DNA of 64,000 nucleotides from Octopus sinensis (taxonomy: Eukaryota), in contig NC_043019.1 in assembly GCF_006345805.1 (NCBI RefSeq), forward strand, positions 24,427,360-24,491,359, given 5' to 3'. A program made the position numbers and the translations under genes. The notes beneath the pieces are model-generated. The model was not told the DNA's origin and did no database searches. It worked only from the letters and a program-made list of their open reading frames with translations. Below, in pieces: positions 54,088 through 64,000 of this stretch. The number at the start of each line of letters is the position of its first letter. Positions within the stretch are counted from its first letter, which is position 1.

Positions 54088-55649
54088 ATATATATATAAA
54101 GTAAACACCACTGAAATACAGTATACTGTAATACAGTATACTCACGTCTATGAGCGTACACTAACACATTTAACGGTTGAACTACAAAATAGTGCGTAGG
54201 ATTTATAGTTCAATAAAACTCCATTGAAGAAAGAATTCGAGGGATGCTCGTGCGACACAAACCACATCTTCAGTAAAAGGTAAAAAGGATGGACGAGCAA
54301 CCATAATACCACAACGAGCCTTCAAAGTGTTCTATCCATTGTAGAACATCTGTTTTTGCCAGAGAGAATTGTATGTTGTTTACGTCATAAGAATTTACAA
54401 ACTTCGAAAGATATGAAATAGTTTTTGTTAAACAGTGGAACTCGAATGAGATAAAGCTATAAATAATAGCGTGTAGAATAGTGGTCAAAAGCCATTCTAT
54501 ACGCAGATATATGAAATTAAGTAAATGAATATTTTTCAAGCATTTATAACATGAAGCGTCCTATACATAGAAGCCATCACTGCCAAGTTTGTGTGCAAAC
54601 CAGATCTACTTACAGGCGATTGTTGTTAAACAACACAACCTGCATATACAAGGAACAAATGCAAATATATACAATAAGATCAATGACGAAGCAAAAGCAC
54701 AAGCAACACATTTTGATATTGCAGATCATGCTTAATGCCTCAATACACGCAGGCCTAATATAACATTAAAGAACCACACTGAATTCATAAAGGTTTTTTG
54801 AATGCTCTTTAACTTGTAAAAACTGTACCACAAAAGCGAGGGATTTTTTTTTTATTATGGCATTATTTTTTCTTTAGAAACCAGCCTTCCTTGCTACATT
54901 TAGATAGCATACAACCTTGATAGTTGTTTTGTTAAAGCCACTATAGTTTATTATAAGAAATCTTTAAGCACAACCAGAAATTTGTAAACGCTCATGTATA
55001 TATATTTTTTTTTGTTCATCCATTAATAAGAAAATACATGAATATACATACAGGTAGATGAATATGTGTGTGCGTGTGTGTATACGTGCGTGCGTGTGTG
55101 TATACGTGTGTGCGTGCGTGCATCTGTGTGTAAGTGCGCGCGCTCATGTGCCCATAAGTTTTCCCCTTTGTCCTGTTTCTGTCAATCCAGGGTTTCGTGT
55201 TTACCAATAAATGAATAAAAAATATTTAGAACATTTTCTATGAACACTATGAAAACTTCAAGCTGCGTTAAATGCGTATCTGTGCGTTAACGAACCGTTT
55301 GTTCCCGCTTTCCCAATCACTTATATAACTTATCTAGTCTACTTGCGGTTTGTTGTTCAAATTTCAGCTCGTTTGCTGGATATAATATCCTTTTAGAGAA
55401 AACTGTTCGCTAAACAATTTCTTCATTCAGAATACCGTTCGTATATGCTCTTCCAGCACTTAGTTCTTAATTTATTCGTGGTTTGTTGTTGAAATTTCAG
55501 ATCTTTAAGCAAAAGTCATACGCGTGAATAGTGTGTTCGTAGTTCATTAATCAAATTTCAGCTCGTTATGCGAGTTTAATTTTCGTTCATATATCGGTGT
55601 CCCACTGTGTGTTTGTGTGTGTGTGCACGCGCGCGCACTTGTGTATCAT

Positions 55650-57835
55650 ATAAATAGTTTGGAGGATCGTAATCAACGAAACCAGAGAAAAGAAGGTTCT
55701 GCCCATCTCAATGAAAAACGAATGCATCAAGGCCTTCGATGTAACGCAGTTGTATAATGCTATCAAGAGGGAAGTTTGGAGTCAACTTGAAAAGGATGAT
55801 AAAGAATGCAATTCACTGGTCCAGAAAATGAAAACCTACTCGTAGACGATAAAAGCTAGAAGCCAGTAGGAATCTGATGGAAGAATCTCGAAGGAGACGA
55901 ATCAATTGCTAGAGAAACGGAAAAGTATGAAGGGGAAAATCAAAGACGACCTCAAGTATACTCTAAAAAGAATACTCTAAAAAGATGTGCGAGAGAGCTG
56001 CTGGTACTCTATAGGTAAGAGATGACGGCGCTCAAGAGCAAGGACGGGTTCATGAAGATAAATAAAGAAAAGATAGAAGAGGTATGTAAAACTACTTCGA
56101 CTTTTTTAGATCCTCGGTGAAGATCGATCCTCCATCATCGCAAATGGTGAAAGAAGTGCTACCTATTCTTTTCAGGGGCATTGAGAATGTCCTGAAGCAG
56201 ATGAAAATAGACAAAAAACTTGAAAAGATAGCATAACAACAAAGATATTAAGGCGCAGTGGTGATGACCTGCGGAAAATTCTCCTTCTACAATTCAGTCT
56301 CTGTCTGAGGGAGAAGTTCTTGCTGTAGAAAGAACCGAATAAAATCTTGCTTCTTAAAAATGGTGGTGAAAAAGATTTAAGAAAATATCGACCAATATGC
56401 CTCTTGTCTCACCTCTAAAAGCTGTTTGCACTGGTCATTGTCACTAGACTCTCGAATCATCTCGATGACCAGCAGCCAAAGGAGCAAGCAGGTTTCTGTA
56501 AGAACTGCAGCACCATTGGTCACATATTTACTCTAACACAGCTCATACATTGTTCGAAAGAATAGAAGCTGCCTCTGTGCATCATTTTTGTCGACCACCA
56601 AAAAGCCCTTCGATAGTGTTGAAACGAGCGCGGAGTTGAAATCTTTGGAAATACAAGATGTCGAAGCGCAATACACCAATCTGCTCAGGGATGCGAACTC
56701 TGGGTGCACCATGATGTAGTTCTACTATCTCCACCATTAAGAGTTCCAGTTGGGAAGGACGTAAACAAGGAAATACCTATTTCTTTATTACCCACAAGGG
56801 GCTAAACATAGAGGGGACAAACAAGGACAGACATAGGTATTAAGTCGATTACATCGACGCCAGTGCGTAACTGGTGCTTAATTTATCGACCCCGAAAGGA
56901 TGAAAGGCAAAGTCGACCTCGGCGGAATTTGAACTCACAATGTAACGGCAGACGAAATACTGCAAAACATTTCACCCGGCGTGCTAACGCTTCTGCCAGT
57001 TCGCCGGAAATACCATCGCTATGGAGCTCTTCGGCACGTGTCTAGAAATGGTCATCATAGACATTGATTAGACACGCAGTCTAAACATCAACGACGAATT
57101 ACTAACACCCTCCGATTCCCAGATGACGTCGTACCCATCGCTAAAACCATAGATCAACGGCAGGCTACGCTGAAAAAGCTTGATGACCATAGCTCAGCCG
57201 TTAGCCTTAAAAGGAAAAGCATGAAAACAAAATACATCTAATCGAAAACTTAGCACATGGCTGAATAGAGGTGGCAAGAGATGAAATCGAGGCGATAAAG
57301 GAGTATATTCACTTGGGACACATAGTAAATATGTGAGGTGTTATGAACGCTGATATCTCGAAGAGAGCAAGGGCAGAGTGTAAGGCGTTTGCCTCAATAA
57401 AAGGTGTGCTCAAAGTAAAGCTCGACAAGACAATACATGCCAGACACTTCTACCTGAGTTCTCATATACAAGTGAGATGTGGGCTACAACGAAGATAGAA
57501 AAGCGATTGGCTACGATACAAAGAGCAATGGAAAGATCCATGCTAGGAATATCATTACGAGGACATATCTGAAATGAGATAGTTCGGGAATGGAGTGGAG
57601 TGAATGACGTGATTGCAGGAGACCCTAAGTAGAAATCTCACTGGAATGGACATGTAGCAAAGGCTCACCGACAACAGGTGGACCAGTGCAGTTACCGAGT
57701 GGTATCCAAAAAATCGGAAAAGGTCATTCGGAAGGCCTCCACGACAATGGGTAAACGATTTAGTCAAACGATTTGGGCCAAGACGTTAAAGAATGGCGAA
57801 ATCAAGAAAGAATTGGAAGAGTATTGTGATTAGCG
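55650..57835 (+). mobile_element. RTE-clade LINE RT pseudogene, interrupted by a SINE
   Basis: YRPICLLSHL*KLF, QPKEQAGF, FVDHQKA.FDSV, KQGNTIS, LRFPDDV, WNGHVA..TDNRWT..VTEWYP..KR..GRPPRQW. Confidence 0.88.
56778..57005 (-). mobile_element. SINE family A, young copy inserted in the RTE
   Basis: TSD ggaaatacc at 56769-56777 and 57006-57014. Confidence 0.92.
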
Positions 57836-57884
57836 ATATATAACATCCAATGATTTTGTCGAAATAGTGTGCTACAGTAATATT

Positions 57885-58090
57885 GGTTTAAAATTTTATC
57901 ACACAGCCAGCAATTTCGAGGGGGTGGGTAAATCGACTACATCGACCCAGGTCCTCAGCTATACTCATTTTATCGACCCTAAAAGGATGAAAGATAAAGT
58001 CGAGCACAGCGGAATTTGAACTAAGCATGTTAAAACTGACGAAATGTATTTTGCCTGGCGTGATAACAATTCCGCCAGCTCGCTGTCTTA
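57885..58090 (-). mobile_element. SINE family A, older subfamily
   Basis: ttttatcgaccctaaaaggatgaaag...ggaatttgaact...ccgccagctcgc. Confidence 0.78.
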
Positions 58091-58586
58091 CAGTGATACA
58101 GTAATATTGGAACTGTACCTGTTTAACAAATGACTATCAGTTATATCTTCGATATGTTATTATACGCCTTCATTAATACTCACAGTTTTTAGTGTAGTCC
58201 TTAAGAGCAACGTATATGAAAGAGAAATCTGAAGCTTTCCTGCCCCTCTTAATTTGAAAGTCGGTTACTCACGAATATAAGTTGCAAGGTTTTTCTTTCC
58301 TAATCGTTTCTCACTCTATTTCTGTTTTCGCACGTTTCTTTTATAGTTACCTTCAAATTTAAGCATGTCAGTTAAGTATATGAACTGTGTGCTGGCTATT
58401 TTATTGTTGCTGAGATTAGAACATTTCGGCCTTCTTCAATTTTGCAGTTTGGTTTTTAGACACACGGTTATTTGATGTCTTCTAATTTCAATTCCTCTGT
58501 CTTCGATCTTCATCTCCATCATATATTTTTAGACTTACTTTATCGCCTAATGGCTTTTGACCTTTTCTGCAGAGTTTGATCACCTC

Positions 58587-59065
58587 CTATACCAACACCT
58601 TAGAAGCATCATGGTATCTGATGTGACCTTTTAAACCAGACAATGTTCTGAAAAGGCACCCACATAGATTGTACATCCCATGTGGACCACAAAGAGCTGT
58701 CAATAAGTTCTGATCTTTGTGGATCTTAAAATGTCTTTTGAGGACTCCGTTAGATTTGCAAACCTTCTGGCACACATTGCATTCACAAGTGTGCACAGAC
58801 ATATAGGCAGAGTAGTTGATGAATATTCGTTTTTCACGGGTTTGCAAATGAGATTTGAGCTCAACGAAAGAGAGGCATGGTCTGTCAAAAAAAAGTTCAC
58901 ACAAAAAGGTCATTGTAATACACCTTCTCAATCGTAGCATTCTTCCTTAGACCTCTTTTGAGTCTTGCATTATCCTGGCCTCTTCAAATGCTTTCACTCC
59001 ACTCCACACTTTTGTTCGCCATCCAACTCGATCCGAAGCAAGGGTTTCTATGTCAAGGGTTTCAC
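58587..59065 (-). mobile_element. RTE/BovB-like LINE ORF C-terminus with two C2H2-like fingers
   Basis: [22 protein letters not shown] followed by CNVCQKVCKS..VLKRHFKIH and (Y)NLCGCLFRTLSGLKGHIRYH. Confidence 0.65.
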
Positions 59066-59152
59066 ACACATATGCATACATATACACACGCACACACACA
59101 TACATATATATATACATACATATACATAGACATAGACATATATATATATACG

Positions 59153-59249
<97 letters not shown>

Positions 59250-59530
59250 TATAAATATACACATATATACATATACATATATACACACATATATATGCAT
59301 AAATATATATATAAATATACACATATATACATATATATACATATATATACACACATATATATGCATAAATATATAAATAAATATACAGATATATACATAT
59401 ATATACATATATATACACATATATATACACATATATATACACACACATATATATATATTTATACATATATACACACACATATATAAAGATTCATATATAT
59501 ACATATGAGAGAAGAGAGAGAGAGAGAGAC
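59065..59530. repeat. Long (TA)/(TACA)/(GA) compound microsatellite
   Basis: Directly visible. Confidence 0.95.
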
Positions 59531-59741
59531 GAGAAAAAGAAAGAGAGCGATGTGTCCATATTTTTCATCGTTGTCAAACTTTTCCCTATAAAAATTAATA
59601 TGTACTCTGCTAAGAAGTAATGTGAATTCCTTCAGTATTATATTAATTCGTGTTTATAAATAACTTCAGTTACAAATCAGCATTAATATATGTACGATGA
59701 GAGAGAGAGGAAGAGGAGGAGAGAGGGGTCCGAAAAAATGA

Positions 59742-59772
<31 letters not shown>

Positions 59773-59774
<2 letters not shown>

Positions 59775-60144
59775 CGCAGGAGTGGCTGTGTGGTAAGTAG
59801 CTTGCTAACCAACCACACGGTTGCGGGTTCAGTCCCACTGCGTGGCATCTTGGGCAAGTGTCTTCTGCTATAGCCCCGGGCCGACCAATGCCTTGTGAGT
59901 GGATTTGGTAGACGGAAACTGAAAGAAGCCTGTCGTATATATGTATATATATATGTATGCGTGTGTTTGTGTGTCTGTGTTTGTCCCCCTAGCATTGCTT
60001 GACAACCGATGCTGGTGTATCTAGGTCCCCGTCACTTAGCGGTTCGGCAAAAAGAGACCGATAGAATAAGTACTAAAAGGTGGTGCTCCAGCATGGCCGC
60101 AGTCAAATGACTGAAACAAGTAAAAGAGTAAAGAGAGTAAAGAG
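59773..60144 (+). mobile_element. SINE family B, young copy with short internal deletion
   Basis: Near-identical to 16044-16455; sits between TA runs. Confidence 0.9.
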
Positions 60145-60204
60145 TATATATATGCGCATGAATGCGTGGGCGCGCGTGCTTCTGATTTGGAATTAAAAAT
60201 ATAT

Positions 60205-60420
60205 TAGATGAAAATTGAGCAGATTAATGTGCCAGTTTGTGGTGTAGGAATTATGTTTGTGCAAATGGTATTGCGGAGTCTTTTAAATCCCCTGAATGTT
60301 GTTGAATTTGTAGTTATGTTTGATGTTGCTGAAGTACGTTTCGTTTTGCGATGATATGGACATCCTAAGCAATGTATTTCTGGTGTGATTTCTAATTATG
60401 AAGCGTGGGTCACTGGGTAA
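60205..60420 (-). mobile_element. Possible Penelope GIY-YIG remnant
   Basis: Minus frames EIHCLGCP..KTKRT and GDLKDSAI...NW resemble the PLE GIY-YIG C..C...YIG.T.R...SA...H pattern; very degraded. Confidence 0.3.
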
Positions 60421-60632
60421 GGTATGTATATATGTATCGTATATACTTATTGTTCTTTTTGTATCGGAATTGTCGTAAGTGGTTTGGGGTGAAACGTTGA
60501 GCGAGTCAACTTTTAATATTGTTCTTTTACTATGATGTTGAAATACGCTTTAGCAGAGTACACATTCATTAATTTTTACAAGGAAAAGTTTGACAATGAT
60601 TTCGAAACAGAAAAATTAATACATCTCTCCAT

Positions 60633-60870
60633 ATACATGCATGCATGCATGCATACATACATACATACATACATACATACAAACATACATACACACATAC
60701 ATACATACATACATACATACATACATACATACATACATACATACAAACATGCATACATACATACATACATACATACATACATACATACATACATACATAC
60801 ATACATACATACATACATACATACATACATACATACATACATGCATACATACATACGTACGTACGTACAT
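60633..60870. repeat. (CATA)n tetranucleotide microsatellite
   Basis: Directly visible. Confidence 0.95.
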
Positions 60871-61199
60871 TAAAGTGATTAGCAATTTCAGCTGCGATGA
60901 CCTTCGTTTGCAGAAGCAGTACTTAGCCCGTCTCTAAACCTGTATTTTCTTTCGTATTTGCTGGATATGATTGATGCGTGTGAATTGTTTAACTGTGTCC
61001 CATATTTACCATGTTCGCTAATGCCTCAGCAGTAATTATGCTAACTTATTTTTTAATTATTTATTGAGGATTTTGCGGTATTATTTGGGACAAAATATTT
61101 GTCAGTTAGATTTACAGAGTTATTTCAAGACTCGTAAGTGAAGCGATGCTTTATTTGCAAATAAACTCGTCCGAATTTATTCTTTCAGATTTTTATTTA

Positions 61200-61440
61200 C
61201 TGATACTTAAGGACAGAATTGCAGCAAATAGGCAAATCGTTAGAACAGCCTTATGATATTCATTTCGTTACACTTATGCTCCCTATTCAAATCCCGCCGA
61301 AGTCTGCTTTTCCTTTTATGCTTTGGTAAATAGGGTTCCGGTGTAGGGCAATGGATTGGTGTAATCAAAGCGCTGGACAAATCCCTTCTACTGTTTGTTC
61401 TGACTCATTGCGTTCTGAGCTCAAATTCTGCCACTTATCT
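61200..61440 (+). mobile_element. Highly decayed SINE family A fragments
   Basis: aatcgttag...ttcaaatcccgccgaagtc and gcgttctgagctcaaattctgcc. Confidence 0.45.
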
Positions 61441-64000
61441 CTTCGTTGTGGTTAACGTGTACTTCAGGATCCTTTTAATGGCAAGCGGCAGCATCTCACT
61501 TCCTGCACAAAGGTGGATACATGCTAGGACGGAAAAATATTTTGGAAAAAATTTTAATATGCTAAGCCCGAATGAATAAAATTTTTCTACTTAGAATAAC
61601 GAGGCTCTTTTTTATTTGGAGGGGTACTTTGTAACATAGCAACCAGGTCCAAGTGAGTAAACATAACCGAATACGACACATATTTTAAAGTACTTTTGTA
61701 GATGAGCGGAAAATTTTGTATTGAAAAACTGCCCATATACAGCAATTGCTTATAATTTACATAGACAAATGAAATATGCATTTAAGTTGTTTTTTTTATA
61801 TAAATTAGTAAAGGAAATACGAATAGATAATTTTGATCAAGTAAAAATACAATACTGCTGTTATTTAAAATGTGTACTATTTCCATGAAGAATATTGTTT
61901 AAAAAATCAATATTAGAAAATCAGTATTAGAAATCAGTATATTAGTTATAATGTAACAAACGTTGGAATCTCTGGTGTATTACTAAGTTAGAAATCAAAT
62001 AAATAGTTTTAATATATTGAAATTAAATAGAATAAAAACATGTTTTATACAACTTCATTTATTTTATGGCAATTCTTTATAAAAATAGAATTACGTATGC
62101 ACACTATATTAGCATTTTTATGTTATATTGAAACCATTTTGAAAGTCATTCGTATTTAGATTGACAAATCTACAATTTAATAAGGACAAAAATATCTGAG
62201 AGTAAAGGACACAAGCTGCAAATTTGTATAGGTATAGCATGCTGACACGGACAACACCAATTACATTTTAGCCTATTCAAAGGCAAAAGTAAAATTAGAT
62301 TTCAGTCACTCTCAAGTCAAAAGCCACAACAAAACAAAGAAAAAATCATCAGAGCTACAACCATTTTTAGAATGTTCTCTTCTATTAAAGGACACTGTCA
62401 CTGATAAAGTTTGTTGTGACAACCCTTAAAGAGGGTGAGGAAATTAAGTAGTAGTTCAGAATGTTCGACTTAGCTTTCAACTCATCATTAAAAATAAGTG
62501 CGAGAAATACACTGAATCGAAACAATACCCAATATCGCCGGTTGTTAACTGATTTTTATGATTGTTGTTATTCTGTATCAAATCTATTAGTCATCACTAA
62601 AATTAAGTCTTGAAGGAAATTTGCACTTAAGCAGGAAATGAACGTTGATATAAACTATTATATCATAAAATCAAAGTAAATTATAGTGAAGCATTATTTT
62701 TAGCTATACCAAAATATGTATGCAGGCTCAAATACGTGATATTTTTTCTGGCAAACAAATCATGTTATATAAACCTAAGTACTTAACTCTTATTTTATTT
62801 ATGACCTCATTGAACACTCTTGGTGAGATTCCTTTGAACGTAAAACATAAAGGGATGTCACCAAACACCATGAGCTTTTAATCAGCTGATTTACGAAAAT
62901 CTTTCATCAATCATTCTGCGTATGATATTAATATGAATACGATTGTACAATGTTTGTAAATTATTATATCTCTTTTTCTTTGAACGTATATATATATATT
63001 TTCACAAAGGAGTGAAGTGGTTTAATTTTTAGGTATCAAAATGTTTTAAAAAGCTGTCTCTGAGGAAACATCCTAAACTGTCTTCTTCGTTTGTTTGAAA
63101 TGCCGAACATGGATTTACATAGTTTATGAGTAAAGTGGGCGCTAGCATACTTGATGTATTAATCAATGAAAAGTGAAAAACCATTATCTAAATAACTAAT
63201 TTTGGTGAACATAGAATTCAGTAGGAAGGAAGTCTGATCTTTAGCTGCGTTATGATAACGCCGGACATATATCTTCATTATTAGACCTCTTCAACAATGC
63301 AGTCTGATAGCGAGCGACTGTTAGGTCTCAGAACTTAGAGATAAAGAGGTTTCTTTTCCAAAAAAACGTCCGAAAAAGTTACCCAGGGACGTCTAATATA
63401 TGGAAACTAGATGATAAAGTAAGTATTAAAATACTCGTAAGCCAAGTAACTTTAATTGAAATTATACATTTATTGACGAGAACAGTCATTATCTAAATGG
63501 ATAATTCCTATCAATAAAGGTAAGGGAAATAACTCCGAAGTTTTAATTATAATTAATTGAGTATGAAATGCAGTGGTGAGTGAATATGATCTTTAGTAGA
63601 ATGGAGACAACTCTGAACAAATTTAACTTTGATAGCCAACATATAAATCTTAGAAAATAAATAGAACAGATATATACTTACATGGAGTCTGCGACATGCA
63701 GGAGCAGTGCCGTACTTATTTCGCTTAAGGTACTATGGAAAGAGATAGAAACGAAAGTGGAAAGCCGAAGAATAATAAAAGTAACAGAAACACGCACGCA
63801 CACACACGCGCACAAACACACAGTGTTCCACATACATACAGAATCATTCCAACTCACGTAAAGTATACTACTATATATATACACCCATGCATAAACATAC
63901 ATACGAACATGTGTATGTTTGTCTGTGTGTTGTTTACAAATGATTGTTAAACTGGATTATCACCTGCGTAATGATTTCGTGCTGTTTTGTGCTAGTCTAG

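Noticed and set aside
54270-54539. Minus ORF containing ...EGSLW as possible Wnt6 exon 1 (TG|GTATTA would give the right phase)
   Set aside because: Weak donor, no in-frame ATG and no signal peptide at a suitable distance; needs transcript evidence
26110-63636. Scattered CTTTG(A/T)(A/T) TCF/LEF-like sites suggesting Wnt feedback
   Set aside because: Short motif expected by chance in AT-rich DNA; no clustering seen

Overview
AT-rich, microsatellite- and transposon-dense animal genomic DNA. The SINE families and repeat landscape suggest an octopus or other coleoid cephalopod; this is inferred, not proven. The only host gene I can support is Wnt6 on the minus strand. Three coding exons (50604-50824, 31376-31650, 25201-25662) join in frame through canonical GT-AG introns into 319 aa ending at a TGA stop. 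The signal-peptide exon was not found and probably lies beyond 64000. The rest is mostly decayed mobile DNA: three tRNA-derived SINE families (several with clear target-site duplications), Tc1/mariner elements, a Gypsy pol remnant, R4/Dong, RTE and CR1 LINE pieces, a Chapaev3-like remnant, a TTAGGG-containing MITE and Penelope-like (PLE) GIY-YIG remnants. The most interesting signal is a set of short, mostly unrelated cassettes lying in or beside (TA)n microsatellites. They form long fold-back hairpins and/or carry minimal hammerhead-ribozyme-like cores (CUGANGA-stem II-GAAA-short palindromic helix III). Two lie on the Wnt6 pre-mRNA strand upstream of the 50604-50824 exon. Most ORFs in the supplied track are microsatellite artefacts. 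All alignments and structures were done by eye.
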